Shown here: positions 10,505 through 21,203 of the stretch, piece by piece | Position numbering within the stretch: position 1 is the first letter of the stretch | Layout: every line of letters starts with the position of its first letter | Source: an uncultured Alphaproteobacteria bacterium | GTDB lineage: Bacteria > Pseudomonadota > Alphaproteobacteria > MPNO01 > UBA2964 | DNA length: 64,000 nt | Reading direction: 5' to 3' | NCBI GenBank assembly: GCA_951812775.1 | Contig: OX638326.1 | Coordinates: 216,151-280,150, forward strand | Position numbers and translations under genes: made by a program | The notes under the pieces: model-generated | Told to the model about the DNA's origin: nothing | The model's database searches: none | Seen by the model: the letters and a program-made list of their open reading frames with translations, nothing else

Positions 10505-12259
10505 ATGAATTATTTCAAATATATAAAAGACATACTTCTTGAAGAAATTGAAGTGTTGGTCAGTGATGACAAGCTTCCCGCAGGTCTCGATTTAAGTCGT
10601 ATCGGTGTAGAGCCAACCAAGGATGCCGCTCACGGCGATCTCGCGTCCAATGCCGCAATGGTGTTAGCGAAGCCAGCAAAGACCAATCCTCGCGAATTGG
10701 GACAGCTTCTGGCAGATAGACTTAATGCCAGGGACGAAATTGAGAAGGCAGAGGTTGCAGGCCCTGGATTCGTCAATATGCGGCTTGTTCCCGAATTTTG
10801 GACCAACCAGATATCCGCGGTTCTGAAGGCAGGTATCGGATATGGCGATTGTGATCTCGGAAACGGGGAAGCCGTCAACGTCGAGTATGTTTCCGCTAAT
10901 CCGACAGGGCCAATGCATATCGGACACGCCAGAGGCGCCGTTATTGGTGATGCGCTCGCCTCATTGCTGAGCAAGGCCGGATACGCTGTTTCGCGAGAAT
11001 ACTACATCAATGATGCGGGCGCTCAGGTCGACGTGCTCGCGCGTTCGGCACATCTGCGTTATCGCGAAGCCCTAGGCGAAGAGATCGGGGATATTCCAGA
11101 TGGTTTGTATCCTGGGGACTACCTGAAACAGACTGGTCAGGACCTTGCTGAACGGGACGGAGACAAATGGCAGGGTATAACCGACGACGAGTGGCTTCCG
11201 GAACTCCGGAGTTTCGCGATAGATGCTATGATGGACCTCATTCGCGAAGATCTAGGGGCCTTGGGTGTAAAGCATGATGTCTTCACATCTGAGCGGGAAT
11301 TGGTAGGGTCCGGTTCAAATGACGAGGTGGTTGAAGAATTACAATCTCGGGACCTTGTTTACATGGGAACGCTGGAACCACCGAAGGGCAAGTTACCTGA
11401 GGATTGGGAAGAACGGCCGCAACTATTGTTCCGATCTTCCAATTTTGGCGATGATGTAGACCGCCCGCTTAAAAAGGCAGAAGGCGATTGGACGTATTTT
11501 GCCTCAGATATTGCCTATCATCGGGACAAGTTTAGACGCGGATTTGCCTCAATGATCGACGTTTGGGGCGCTGATCACAAAGGATACGTGAAGCGGATGC
11601 AGTCCGCGGTCAATGCGATTACCGGCAATAAGGGTGCCCTGGATGTACGTCTTTGCAATCTCGTTAATCTGCTGGAGGACGGCAAACCGGCGAAAATGTC
11701 CAAACGGGCAGGGTCTTTTGTAACTCTGCGCGACGTTGTCGATGAGGTTGGAAAAGGGGCTGTCCGGTTCATGATGCTCACTCGTAGCAGCAACGCATCT
11801 CTCGATTTCGATCTCAAAAAAGTTACAGAGCAAAGTAAGGATAACCCGGTATTCTACGTACAATATGCGCATGCGAGGATTTGTTCGGTGATCAGAAATA
11901 CGGCAGAGGCCTTTCCTGAGCTCTCGCTTGACGATTCGAGCCTCTCCGGTGCTGATGTCGCGCAACTGCGGGACCCAGGTGAGCTTGCCATGATCAAGGA
12001 ATTAGCCGGTTGGCCACAAATCGTAGAAAGTGCGGCACTTGCTCATGAGCCTCACCGGGTTGCGTTTTACCTTTCGGATCTGGCAGCATCATTTCATGCC
12101 TTCTGGAACCGAGGTAATTCGGATGAGTCCCTGCGGTTTATTGTTCCCGATGACAGCACTAAGACGCTGGCACGGGTGGTGTTGGCACGTGCTGTGGCGG
12201 TGGTAATAGCTTCCGGTCTCGCTGTCATGGGTGTCGAACCGGTCGAGGAGATGCGTTGA
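10505..12259 (+). CDS. argS: Arginyl-tRNA synthetase
   Basis: The class I HIGH-type motif ([14 protein letters not shown]), the KMSKR-like [11 protein letters not shown] and the DALR anticodon-binding C-terminus are present. The ATG at 10505 is preferred to the overlapping upstream start. Confidence 0.93.
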   Translation: MNYFKYIKDILLEEIEVLVSDDKLPAGLDLSRIGVEPTKDAAHGDLASNAAMVLAKPAKTNPRELGQLLADRLNARDEIEKAEVAGPGFVNMRLVPEFWTNQISAVLKAGIGYGDCDLGNGEAVNVEYVSANPTGPMHIGHARGAVIGDALASLLSKAGYAVSREYYINDAGAQVDVLARSAHLRYREALGEEIGDIPDGLYPGDYLKQTGQDLAERDGDKWQGITDDEWLPELRSFAIDAMMDLIREDLGALGVKHDVFTSERELVGSGSNDEVVEELQSRDLVYMGTLEPPKGKLPEDWEERPQLLFRSSNFGDDVDRPLKKAEGDWTYFASDIAYHRDKFRRGFASMIDVWGADHKGYVKRMQSAVNAITGNKGALDVRLCNLVNLLEDGKPAKMSKRAGSFVTLRDVVDEVGKGAVRFMMLTRSSNASLDFDLKKVTEQSKDNPVFYVQYAHARICSVIRNTAEAFPELSLDDSSLSGADVAQLRDPGELAMIKELAGWPQIVESAALAHEPHRVAFYLSDLAASFHAFWNRGNSDESLRFIVPDDSTKTLARVVLARAVAVVIASGLAVMGVEPVEEMR

Positions 12260-13104
12260 TGAATGATCTAATAGGCGAGAATAGAACACCAACATCAGAA
12301 ACAGGTAAAAACCCGCGCTGGGGACGTCGTCTTCTTACAGGCATGGTGGCTGTAGCTGCAATGGGTGGTTTCGCCATGATCCTTGTCTTTAGCTACGACA
12401 AAGGAAAAGAAAAGGGCGCCATCGTCGGCACGCCAATTATTAAAGCGCAGCAAGGGCCCACCAAAATTAAGCCTGAAAAACCTGGCGGCATGCCTATCCG
12501 TGATCAGGACAAAGACGTTTATGACCGGCTGGACCCAAATGCGTTCAAGGAAAAGGTCGAAAACCTGCTTCCTGAACCAGAGCCAGCAATGCCGAAGCCG
12601 GCACCGATTAAGGTCGCTGAAATTTCCAAGAAGGACATAGCCCGTGTTGTTGAAACAAAACCCGCTGCTGGTTCCAGTTTTGTTGCGCCACCGCCACCAA
12701 TCATTGCAGCGCCTGCAAAGCCCGTCGTTAAAGCGCCTGTAACTAAGCCAAAAATCGAAAAGAAAATGGCTAGTCTTCCGAAACCGGTGAAAACAATTAA
12801 AAAATCGGCCAAAAAGGTAGTGGCGCCGATTACAAAAACGCCGGCCATTAAGAACGGATATAAAATACAAATCGCGTCATTACGCTCTGAAAAAGCCGCC
12901 AACGCTATTTGGCGCAAGCTGCAGAAAAACCATCCATCGTTGTTTGGAGGTTTAAAGTCTAACGTTGTACGCGCCGTAATTTCTGGCAAAGGTACGTTTT
13001 ATCGCCTGCAGGCCGGTACCCTTAAAGGCAAATCAACTGCTCAAACGCTGTGCTCACAGGCTAAAAAGCGTAAAATAGGATGTCTCATTGTCAGAACCCG
13101 ATAG
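12256..13104 (+). CDS. SPOR-domain protein (N-terminal TM, Pro/Lys-rich linker, C-terminal SPOR)
   Basis: It has a TM segment ([20 protein letters not shown]), a PK-rich linker, and a C-terminal [21 protein letters not shown]...FYRLQAG motif typical of SPOR domains. Confidence 0.8.
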   Translation: MMNDLIGENRTPTSETGKNPRWGRRLLTGMVAVAAMGGFAMILVFSYDKGKEKGAIVGTPIIKAQQGPTKIKPEKPGGMPIRDQDKDVYDRLDPNAFKEKVENLLPEPEPAMPKPAPIKVAEISKKDIARVVETKPAAGSSFVAPPPPIIAAPAKPVVKAPVTKPKIEKKMASLPKPVKTIKKSAKKVVAPITKTPAIKNGYKIQIASLRSEKAANAIWRKLQKNHPSLFGGLKSNVVRAVISGKGTFYRLQAGTLKGKSTAQTLCSQAKKRKIGCLIVRTR

Positions 13105-14143
13105 CGGTACGCCGTCAGCCGTCATTTTTGGCTGCATCGATACAGCCCTAACGCCAGCAGAAATAGACCTTTTCGCTGATTGCAATCCGTTCGGTCTTAT
13201 CCTGTTTGAACATAATTGTGTTGAGCCAACCCAATTGGCGGATTTGATTTCTCAATTTCGGGAAACAGTCGGTCGTAAAGATGCTCCTATCCTGATTGAC
13301 CAGGAGGGTGGACGGGTTACCAGAATGAAGCCGCCTCACTGGCGGCATCCACCTCCGGCGCGTGTTTTTCCCGAAATCGCAGTGAAGGACAGAGAAGCAG
13401 GAAAACGGGCTGCCTACCTGAATGCCCGACTTATTGGCAAGGAACTCGCGAGTGTCGGTATTGATGTCGATTGTCTGCCTGTTCTGGATATTCCCGTCGT
13501 TGGAGCTCACGAAGTTATCGGCGATCGGGCTCTCGGACGAGATGCCGAAATGATTGCAGAGTTAGGGCGCGCTTTGTCTGAAGGGATTATGGCTGAAGGC
13601 GTCCTTCCTATTATCAAACATATTCCCGGTCATGGTCGGGCGAAATCTGATAGCCACAAAGAACTTCCCATCGTCGACACTACCCGTGAAGAACTCGAAG
13701 CGACCGATTTCGTTCCTTTCGAACTTTTGGCGGAAATGCCATGGGCGATGACGGCGCATGTTGTCTATACAGCAATAGATTCCGACCGGGTGGCGACGAT
13801 TTCACCGCAAATTATTGACGACATTATCCGCCAGAAAATCGGCTTTGACGGGTTGCTGCTTTCCGATGACATTGGCATGGAGGCGCTTTCTGGGACAAAA
13901 GGGGAGCGTGCCAGAACGATATTGGAAGCCGGCTGCGACCTTGCCCTCGAATGCTCAGGCAAAATTGATGATATGACCGAGGTGGGTTCAATCGTGCCCA
14001 AAATGTCCGAAAAGGCGATGGCTCGAGCCGCTGGCGCCGAGAAAATGCGTCAGGAGAATGTCCTGAAAGATGGTTTAACCTCTGACGGCGCTCTAAAAGA
14101 ACTTGAGGACATACTCTCGAAACACCAAATTGAATGGGCATGA
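13088..14143 (+). CDS. nagZ: Beta-N-acetylhexosaminidase (GH3, NagZ)
   Basis: ILIDQEGGRVTR, KHIPGHGRA.SDSH and LLSDDIGMEAL motifs are present. It has a TTG start and overlaps the SPOR gene end. Confidence 0.88.
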   Translation: MSEPDSGTPSAVIFGCIDTALTPAEIDLFADCNPFGLILFEHNCVEPTQLADLISQFRETVGRKDAPILIDQEGGRVTRMKPPHWRHPPPARVFPEIAVKDREAGKRAAYLNARLIGKELASVGIDVDCLPVLDIPVVGAHEVIGDRALGRDAEMIAELGRALSEGIMAEGVLPIIKHIPGHGRAKSDSHKELPIVDTTREELEATDFVPFELLAEMPWAMTAHVVYTAIDSDRVATISPQIIDDIIRQKIGFDGLLLSDDIGMEALSGTKGERARTILEAGCDLALECSGKIDDMTEVGSIVPKMSEKAMARAAGAEKMRQENVLKDGLTSDGALKELEDILSKHQIEWA

Positions 14144-14820
14144 GCCCCGCAATTTATCAGGCCTCCGTCTGGATACTGCCAGTTCTGGTCGCTATTACCT
14201 TTCATGAGGCGGCCCACGGCTATGTTGCCTGGCGGTTAGGTGACAATACAGCCAAAGATCTTGGACGGGTGACATTCTCTCCATTTCGCCATGTTGATTT
14301 GTGGGGAACCATTATCATTCCCGCGGTTCTCCTGATATTCAGGGCACCATTTCTCTTTGGATGGGCAAAACCAGTTCCGGTAAATTTTGTGAATTTGCGC
14401 AATCCACGGCGCGATATGGTCTGGGTGGCCGCCGCCGGGCCTGGAGTCAACCTGCTGCTCGCCTTGGCGTCAGCGGTGCTTTTGCATCTAACACCGATGT
14501 TTCCGCCGGACTCCGGAAAGTGGATTGCTGACAATCTGAAAAACTCAATTCGGATCAATCTGGTTCTCGCCGTTTTTAATATGTTGCCTTTACCGCCCTT
14601 GGACGGCGGCAGGGTCGCTGTTGGACTGCTTCCGGCCCCTTTGGCAATTCAATTGGCACGGCTGGAGCGAGTCGGGCTTTTAATAGTAATCTTGGCATTA
14701 TTCGTTGTGCCAATGGTTGGCCGCGAATTTGGATATAACTGGAACCCTCTGATCTGGTTACTCGAGGGACCCATTGATGCTTTGTATCGATTTGTATTGA
14801 CAGCCGCAGGGCATTTTTAG
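14134..14820 (+). CDS. Site-2 protease family (peptidase M50) membrane protein
   Basis: The HExxH motif is inside a TM helix (FHEAAHGYVAWRLGD) and a downstream NMLPLPPLDGGRV motif is present. Confidence 0.85.
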   Translation: MGMSPAIYQASVWILPVLVAITFHEAAHGYVAWRLGDNTAKDLGRVTFSPFRHVDLWGTIIIPAVLLIFRAPFLFGWAKPVPVNFVNLRNPRRDMVWVAAAGPGVNLLLALASAVLLHLTPMFPPDSGKWIADNLKNSIRINLVLAVFNMLPLPPLDGGRVAVGLLPAPLAIQLARLERVGLLIVILALFVVPMVGREFGYNWNPLIWLLEGPIDALYRFVLTAAGHF

Positions 14821-14831
14821 TTTGAGGGTTT

Positions 14832-15617
14832 ATGACCGAAGTGCCTGACGATTTTGAAATGGACGACAGACCCGTCGGTTTGGATGGTGCCCTTGTTGTC
14901 GATTTGGAAGGGTACGAAGGCCCGATCGATATGCTGCTGGTACTGGCACGGCAGCAAAAGGTTGATCTCCTCAATATTTCCATTTTGCAACTCGCAGAAC
15001 AATATTTAAAGTTTATCGAGGAAGCGCGTCGGTTACGGCTCGAAATTGCAGCCGATTACCTGGTGATGGCAGCCTGGCTTGCTTACCTCAAATCACGTTT
15101 GCTTTTACCGCCGGACAAAGAAGATGATGAACCGAGCGGTCCCGAAATGGCCGAAGCGCTGGCCTTTCAACTGCGTCGTCTCGAAGCGATGCAGGAAGCC
15201 GGCGCCAAAGTTATGGAATTGCCGCGCTTAGGGCGAGACGTATTTCCCCGTGGCGCGCCTGAAGGCGTTAAAGTTATACGGACACCAGTTTATGATCTTT
15301 CCCTCTATGATCTTTTACGGGCTTATGGAGATCAACAGAGCAAAGGGTCATCTGGACCGCTTGAGATCGCACCGACAGAAATTTATTCGGTCGAAGACGC
15401 TCTTGAACGTTTGGGAAAAGTATTGGGAAGAATTCCCGACTGGACCACTTTGCAAGGATTTTTGCCCGAGTCGATCAAAGACGCGGTAGTTTTCCGTTCA
15501 GTTGTTGCATCAACCTTTGCCGCGAGCCTGGAACTAGCAAAATCGGGGCAGCTTGAACTTCGCCAAAGCAGGACGTTTGGTCCTATTTATGTCTGTTCCC
15601 GCACAGAAACAGGGTGA
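14832..15617 (+). CDS. scpA: Segregation and condensation protein A
   Basis: The N-terminus is typical of ScpA kleisins (LEGYEGPIDMLLVLARQQKVDLLNISILQLAEQYL). The gene sits directly upstream of scpB. Confidence 0.88.
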   Translation: MTEVPDDFEMDDRPVGLDGALVVDLEGYEGPIDMLLVLARQQKVDLLNISILQLAEQYLKFIEEARRLRLEIAADYLVMAAWLAYLKSRLLLPPDKEDDEPSGPEMAEALAFQLRRLEAMQEAGAKVMELPRLGRDVFPRGAPEGVKVIRTPVYDLSLYDLLRAYGDQQSKGSSGPLEIAPTEIYSVEDALERLGKVLGRIPDWTTLQGFLPESIKDAVVFRSVVASTFAASLELAKSGQLELRQSRTFGPIYVCSRTETG

Positions 15618-16345
15618 GTAATATGGATGGTTCTATCCAGACCGAAGAAACAGTGGAACGCCAGGATGGCAGCATGACCGACAAATCCCAGGAACTCAGA
15701 ATTTTAGAAGCGGTTTTGTTCGCGGTTTCTGAGCCCATGACAGAGGGTGCTTTAGCGCAACGACTTCCGGATGGCACAGATGTTTCTGCATTGCTGGCTG
15801 AGTTAGCGCAGCAGTATGAAGGCAGAGGAATTGAGTTGAAGCCGATTGCCGGTCGATGGGCATTTCGAACTGCCGCTGATCTCGCCGGGTCATTGGAAAT
15901 CGAAGTTAAGGTGACACGGAAACTTTCTCGGGCCGCGGTGGAAACATTGTCAATTATTGGTTACCACCAACCCATAACGCGTCGGGAAATCGAGGAAATT
16001 CGGGGCGTCGCTCTGAGTAGGGGGACTCTGGATTTACTGCTGGAAATTGGCTGGATCAGGCCGGTCGGAAAGCGCAAAACGCCCGGCCGTCCCGTGACTT
16101 GGGGAACGTCGCAGGAATTCTTGGACCACTTCAACCTTAATAAGTTGAGCGATTTGCCGGGTGTTGGGGAATTGAAGGCTGCTGGCCTTCTTGATCCACG
16201 CCCCGTGCGGACGATATTTGGTGAAGTTGCAGCCAAATCTGACGAACCGAACGCATCCAGTGCAGTCGGCGATGATGAGGATGTATTGCCTGAACCTTTG
16301 AATGCTGACGGCGACTCAAAGGTCGCTGGCCAACAAGACGCTTGA
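15614..16345 (+). CDS. scpB: Segregation and condensation protein B
   Basis: ILEAVLFAVSEPMTEGALA... and LSRAAVETLSIIGYHQPITRREIEEIRGV (winged helix) are present. The start overlaps the scpA stop. Confidence 0.88.
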   Translation: MSNMDGSIQTEETVERQDGSMTDKSQELRILEAVLFAVSEPMTEGALAQRLPDGTDVSALLAELAQQYEGRGIELKPIAGRWAFRTAADLAGSLEIEVKVTRKLSRAAVETLSIIGYHQPITRREIEEIRGVALSRGTLDLLLEIGWIRPVGKRKTPGRPVTWGTSQEFLDHFNLNKLSDLPGVGELKAAGLLDPRPVRTIFGEVAAKSDEPNASSAVGDDEDVLPEPLNADGDSKVAGQQDA

Positions 16346-16497
16346 TCGACTGATCTAAATAGCTACAAGTAGAAATCAGGTCTCGCGGCAGGAGACCGTA
16401 ATGGTTATTCGATTGGCTATTTACGCGCCTTCCAAGTGTGATAAACCTTGGATCAATTTAAATCGGGCCTGCGGGCCATTTTGGCGAGGATTTCGAT

Positions 16498-16737
16498 ATG
16501 GGTACGTTGAGCATTTGGCACTGGGCCATTGTGTTAGTGGTTGTCCTCGTATTGTTCGGCGGCGGTGGCAAACTTTCACGTCTGATGGGTGATGCGGCAC
16601 GTGGCATTACTGCTTTTAAGAAGGGCTTAAAAGAAAATAGCCCTGATGAAGGTGATGATGAAAAGAAAACAATTGATGGTGAGGCGTCGCAACCATCGGC
16701 CAACACATCAAGCAAAGATGAAGCCGCTAAAGGCTGA
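16498..16737 (+). CDS. tatA: Twin-arginine translocase subunit TatA/E
   Basis: [43 protein letters not shown] matches the canonical TatA architecture. Confidence 0.93.
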   Translation: MGTLSIWHWAIVLVVVLVLFGGGGKLSRLMGDAARGITAFKKGLKENSPDEGDDEKKTIDGEASQPSANTSSKDEAAKG

Positions 16738-16778
16738 CGATCTGATCTGTTCCAGCATTTAAAGGGTGCAGAAGCACC

Positions 16779-17252
16779 ATGTTTGATATCGGCGGCTGGG
16801 AATTCCTGATTATTATCATTGTGGCGATTGTTATCATCGGGCCAAAAGACCTGCCTGGAATGATACGTTCGGTTATGGGATGGGTGCGAAAAGCCCGCGA
16901 ACTCGCCCGCAAATTTCAAAGTGGAATTGACGACCTTGCTCAGGAAGTTGAACTTGAGAAAATCGGGGAAGAGTTCAAAAACGATGTTGGTTTGGGGGAA
17001 ACCGGGGAATTCGGCAATACGATTCACCAGGAAATAACTAATGCGATTGACCCTAGCGGGGAAGTAACCGAAGCCGTTGATAGCGCGAAAGAGTTTCTGG
17101 AAGACGATTTAGCGAAAATTCAGGAAGATCTCGATCACCAGGAGGAATTTGGCGACCCCCTGGATGATGTAGAGCAGGTTTCCACCAAAGATAAAAACAA
17201 AACTTCTCAGTCAGTTGAGCTTCAGGACGACTCAGATCAGGCTAAAACCTAA
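16779..17252 (+). CDS. tatB: Twin-arginine translocase subunit TatB
   Basis: MFDIGGWEFLIIIIVAIVIIGPKDLPGMIRSVMGWVRKAR is followed by an acidic tail. The gene lies between tatA and tatC. Confidence 0.9.
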   Translation: MFDIGGWEFLIIIIVAIVIIGPKDLPGMIRSVMGWVRKARELARKFQSGIDDLAQEVELEKIGEEFKNDVGLGETGEFGNTIHQEITNAIDPSGEVTEAVDSAKEFLEDDLAKIQEDLDHQEEFGDPLDDVEQVSTKDKNKTSQSVELQDDSDQAKT

Positions 17253-17254
17253 CC

Positions 17255-18064
17255 ATGGCTAAAGAAATTAACGATACCGAAGATTCAAAAATGCCGCTGC
17301 TCGATCATTTGATTGAGCTGCGTAGCCGCTTGATTTGGGCATTAGCTGGATTTGTCGTGTGTTTCTTTATCGCCTTTTATTTTGCGGAACACGTCTTTGC
17401 GTTCCTCGTTCGTCCGCTCGCAGATTTGATGGAAACGCGGGACGAGGCCCGAATGATTTTCACTGCCCTGCATGAGGCTTTTTTCACTTATGTCAAAGTC
17501 GCGTTCTTTACCGCGGCTTTTGTTTCCTTCCCATTGATTGCATCACAAATCTGGCTGTTTGTTGCCCCCGGGCTTTATCGGAACGAAAAACGGGCCTTTT
17601 TGCCGTTTTTGGTGGCTACACCGGTGCTGTTCTTTATGGGTGGTGCCTTGGTGTACTACTTCATTTTTCCCCTTGCTTGGGAATTCTTCCTAGATTTCCA
17701 AACAACGGGCGGTGAGGGGCTTCTCCCGATACAGGTCGAACCTAAGGTCGATCAGTATTTATCACTTGTGATGCAGCTTATTTTTGCTTTCGGCTTAGGC
17801 TTTGAACTACCGGTATTCCTAATGCTTCTTGCCAAGGCTGGAATCGTTACGGCCGATGGGCTTGCAGATAAACGGCGCTACGCCATTGTCGGAGTCTTTG
17901 TCTTCGCAGCTATTCTGACCCCGCCTGATGTAATTAGCCAGATAGGCTTGGCCATTCCAATTATCCTGTTATACGAGGTCTCCATTCTTGGTGCCCGGAT
18001 GATGGAGAAAAGACGGGAAGAAAGGGCTATGGCGGATGAAGAACGAGACGCCGCAGAAGATTAA
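17255..18064 (+). CDS. tatC: Twin-arginine translocase subunit TatC
   Basis: The 6-TM protein has MPLLDHLIELRSRLI at the N-terminus and TPPDVISQ near the C-terminus. Confidence 0.93.
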   Translation: MAKEINDTEDSKMPLLDHLIELRSRLIWALAGFVVCFFIAFYFAEHVFAFLVRPLADLMETRDEARMIFTALHEAFFTYVKVAFFTAAFVSFPLIASQIWLFVAPGLYRNEKRAFLPFLVATPVLFFMGGALVYYFIFPLAWEFFLDFQTTGGEGLLPIQVEPKVDQYLSLVMQLIFAFGLGFELPVFLMLLAKAGIVTADGLADKRRYAIVGVFVFAAILTPPDVISQIGLAIPIILLYEVSILGARMMEKRREERAMADEERDAAED

Positions 18065-18140
18065 TGGAAGAGCACGATTCTAGACGTATTAATCTTCTGC
18101 CCCTATAACCGCCAGCCATAGGTCGCGTCTGGAGTTCGCA

Positions 18141-19415
18141 ATGCATGATATTCGTTGGATACGGGAAAACCCCGCCGAGTTTGATTCCGCCATGGCAAAA
18201 CGCGGTGTTGAAACGATGTCTGCGGGACTTGTCGAGCGAGACGCAAACCGCCGCGCTGTCCAGACCGAGCTGCAGGAACTCCAAACAAGAAGAAATGACG
18301 CCTCGAAACAAATCGGCATTGCGAAAGGAAAAGGCGAAGACGCAGATGTGTTGATCAAAGAAGTCGGAGACCTCAAGGATCGGATGCAGAGCCTTGAAGA
18401 GAAAGAAAAAACCCTTTCAGCCGAATTAACCGAAATGTTGTCCGGCATTCCAAATTTGCCAGCGGAAGACACGCCGGAAGGAAACGGCGAAGAAGAGAAC
18501 GTTGAAATTCGGCTAGAGGGTAATCCGCCCAAGTTTGAATTCGAAGCAAAGGATCACGTCGAACTTGGTGAAAATCTTTCGGGAATGAGCTTTGAACGCG
18601 CCGGTAAACTATCTGGCGCCAGGTTCGTTGTCTTGCAAGGTGCTTTGGCAAAACTGGAACGGGCTCTTGCTGCCTTCATGCTGGATGTTCAGACCGGAGA
18701 ATTTGGGTATACGGAAATAGCACCTCCTGTTCTGGTGAAAGATGAGGCGCTTTACGGCACTGGCCAACTGCCGAAATTTGCAGATGATCTGTTTAAGACA
18801 ACTGATGATCTTTGGCTTATTCCAACTGCTGAAGTCCCCCTTACTAATCTTGTTGCCGATGAAATTCTGGCTGAAGAAGATCTGCCCATTCGGGTAACGG
18901 CGTTGACACCTTGTTTCCGTTCCGAAGCTGGGGCTGCTGGCAAAGATACACGTGGCATGTTGCGGCAACACCAGTTTAACAAGGTGGAGCTTGTCAGTAT
19001 CTGTCATCCCGTTAATTCACTAGATGAGCATGAGCGGATGACTGGCGCTGCTGAAGAGATACTCATGCGGCTCGGACTTGCTTATCGAGTCATGGTTTTA
19101 TGTACTGGTGATATCGGTTTCTCTGCCCGAAAAACCTATGACCTCGAAGTATGGCTGCCCGGTCAGGAGACCTACCGTGAGATATCGTCTTGTTCTAACT
19201 GTGGAGATTTCCAGGCGCGCCGTATGAAAGCTCGTTTCAGACCGGAAGGTGGAAAGGGCACGCAATTTGTCCACACTCTCAACGGTTCTGGCCTGGCAGT
19301 AGGCCGTTGTCTCATCGCAGTAATGGAAAACTATCAGAACGAAGATGGTTCAATCACTGTGCCCGAGGTCCTGCGCCCCTATATGAACGGTCTCGAACTC
19401 ATCACGGCCGGATAG
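18141..19415 (+). CDS. serS: Seryl-tRNA synthetase
   Basis: [11 protein letters not shown] is followed by the N-terminal coiled coil and class II motifs ([33 protein letters not shown]). Confidence 0.95.
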   Translation: MHDIRWIRENPAEFDSAMAKRGVETMSAGLVERDANRRAVQTELQELQTRRNDASKQIGIAKGKGEDADVLIKEVGDLKDRMQSLEEKEKTLSAELTEMLSGIPNLPAEDTPEGNGEEENVEIRLEGNPPKFEFEAKDHVELGENLSGMSFERAGKLSGARFVVLQGALAKLERALAAFMLDVQTGEFGYTEIAPPVLVKDEALYGTGQLPKFADDLFKTTDDLWLIPTAEVPLTNLVADEILAEEDLPIRVTALTPCFRSEAGAAGKDTRGMLRQHQFNKVELVSICHPVNSLDEHERMTGAAEEILMRLGLAYRVMVLCTGDIGFSARKTYDLEVWLPGQETYREISSCSNCGDFQARRMKARFRPEGGKGTQFVHTLNGSGLAVGRCLIAVMENYQNEDGSITVPEVLRPYMNGLELITAG

Positions 19416-19421
19416 CTTCAA

Positions 19422-20072
19422 ATGCTTGAAGCCCGCAATATCCGGCTGGTCATGGAACTGCGCCAGCAGGGGATCACCGATCAGGCTGTGCTCTCCGCTA
19501 TAGAGCGGGTGCCGCGCGAAGCTTTTATCCCAGAAGCCTTTCACGATCAGGCATATGAAAATACCGCGCTACCTATTGGTCATGGGCAGACTATTAGCCA
19601 GCCATCGGTTGTTGGTTTCATGACTCAGGCGATGAGTATCGGCCCGCGTATGAAGGTCCTGGAAGTCGGGACAGGATGTGGGTATCAGGCAGCCGTTCTG
19701 GCGGGGTTGTGCCGTCGGGTCTATTCCGTCGAAAGGTTTCGGGAATTGTTACGATCCGCCGATGCCCGTCTTCGAGACCTGCGGATCAACAATGTCACAA
19801 CGAAATGGGGAGATGGCGGTTCCGGCTGGCCAGAACAGGCTCCCTTTGATCGTATGATCCTGACCGCTGCGGCAAAGGAAGTCCCGCAAGTGCTTCTAGA
19901 GCAAATGACAGAAGATGGTGTCATTATTGCGCCAATTGGAACCTCAACCCACGATCAGAAACTTGTCAAATTTACTCATTTGCCTTCAGGGGAATGGGAT
20001 TCTGAAGAATTATGGCCCGTAAGATTTGTGCCAATGCTGGATGGAAAGATTGGTGACACCTCTAACCAATAA
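19422..20072 (+). CDS. pcm: Protein-L-isoaspartate O-methyltransferase
   Basis: GQTISQPSVVGFMTQ, VLEVGTGCGYQAAVLA and DRMILTAAA motifs are present. Confidence 0.92.
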   Translation: MLEARNIRLVMELRQQGITDQAVLSAIERVPREAFIPEAFHDQAYENTALPIGHGQTISQPSVVGFMTQAMSIGPRMKVLEVGTGCGYQAAVLAGLCRRVYSVERFRELLRSADARLRDLRINNVTTKWGDGGSGWPEQAPFDRMILTAAAKEVPQVLLEQMTEDGVIIAPIGTSTHDQKLVKFTHLPSGEWDSEELWPVRFVPMLDGKIGDTSNQ

Positions 20073-20120
20073 AACAAGCAATTTGTTGACCACAACTCGG
20101 CTCATTCTTAACGTGATGCC

Positions 20121-21203
20121 ATGAAATTGATTGTGGATTTCAAATTCTTGCAAAAAGCCACGGCTATTTTATTGGCCGTCTTGGTCTCGGCATGCGCACG
20201 CAACGATTACAGTCCAACGATTTTTGACGAATCAAAAAAATCAACAGAACGGCCTCAGCAATCTCAAAATCGTACAGCCGTTCCAGCAGGGCATATTCTT
20301 ATTCGTCGTGGCGATACTCTATACGGTATTGCTCGACGTCACGGAATTCCGATCAGAAAGCTGATCGAAGTAAATAAGTTGCGCCCGCCATATGTGATTT
20401 ATCCAGGGAGAACGCTTAAGACCCCTGGTGTTCGTAGTCATATAGCGCGTGGAGGTGAGACCGCCTACGGCGTCGCACGAAAGTATGACGTTGATATGGG
20501 GGCGCTGGTTCGGCTCAACCGTATTCGTCCACCATACCGGCTGCGTTCGGGACAAAAACTAAGATTGCCTGACAGTGCTTCAACCAGTGTTGCCAAAAAC
20601 GACAGAGGCACTGTTTCCGGAGGTAGCCGATCAACTTCAGTGGTTAAGCCCGTAAGGGGACCTGCGACATATCCACGAAAATCTGCGAGTACGCGGACCG
20701 GTCGGCCACAGCCAATCGCTAACAAACCTGCACCTAAGCCCTTAAAAACTCCGCCAAGGCGTAGTGGTCGCAAATTTTTGTGGCCGGTAAAAGGACGAAT
20801 AATCGTAGGGTTTGGGCCGCGCAAGGGCGGATTCCATAATGATGGAATCAATATTGCCGCCCGCGCTGGCACGCCAATCAAAGCAGCGGAGAATGGCGTG
20901 GTCGCTTATGTCGGCAATCAACTCCAGGGATTTGGAAATCTGGTTTTGATTAAGCATTCAGGTGGCTGGATGTCTGCCTATGCGCATGGCTCACGTGTGC
21001 ATGTACGTCGTGGAACAGTAGTGCGACGCGGACAGACAATTGCAAGAGTGGGTAAAACAGGGAATGTAAATAAACCCCAACTTCATTTTGAGTTACGGCG
21101 TGGTGATAGAGCCGTTGACCCGAGACGTTATCTCGTTCGATTTGCTTCGGTTATTAGACCTAAGGTATTTGCTTTTCTAACCGCCCCGCCAAATCCTGAA
21201 TAA
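20121..21203 (+). CDS. LysM-domain / M23 family metallopeptidase (NlpD-like lipoprotein)
   Basis: A lipobox-like signal (LLAVLVSAC) is followed by two LysM repeats (HILIRRGDTLYGIARRHGI, HIARGGETAYGVARKYDV). The M23 core is present (NDGINIAA, GNLVLIKHSGGWMSAYAH, GNVNKPQLHFELRRG). Confidence 0.9.
   Translation: MKLIVDFKFLQKATAILLAVLVSACARNDYSPTIFDESKKSTERPQQSQNRTAVPAGHILIRRGDTLYGIARRHGIPIRKLIEVNKLRPPYVIYPGRTLKTPGVRSHIARGGETAYGVARKYDVDMGALVRLNRIRPPYRLRSGQKLRLPDSASTSVAKNDRGTVSGGSRSTSVVKPVRGPATYPRKSASTRTGRPQPIANKPAPKPLKTPPRRSGRKFLWPVKGRIIVGFGPRKGGFHNDGINIAARAGTPIKAAENGVVAYVGNQLQGFGNLVLIKHSGGWMSAYAHGSRVHVRRGTVVRRGQTIARVGKTGNVNKPQLHFELRRGDRAVDPRRYLVRFASVIRPKVFAFLTAPPNPE

Noticed and set aside
12295-12989. 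Two long minus-strand ORFs (191 aa and 156 aa) inside the SPOR-domain gene
   Set aside because: They are antisense products of a Pro/Lys/Ala-rich repetitive linker. The plus-strand gene has TM, linker and SPOR logic and conserved synteny after argS.
16346-16497. Hairpin GGTCTC-gcggcag-GAGACC after scpB as an intrinsic terminator
   Set aside because: The stem is short and no U-run follows. It is also the tatA promoter region, so the evidence is insufficient.
16458-17027. 189-aa minus-strand ORF across tatA and tatB
   Set aside because: It is antisense to two unmistakable Tat genes and has no family resemblance.
21160-21203. 44-nt convergent overlap of the M23 peptidase and DUF815 ATPase genes as a possible regulatory feature
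   Set aside because: The M23 ORF simply runs about 25 codons past the conserved HFELRRG...VDP end before reaching a stop. This is most simply a non-conserved tail, with no structure or motif to support more.
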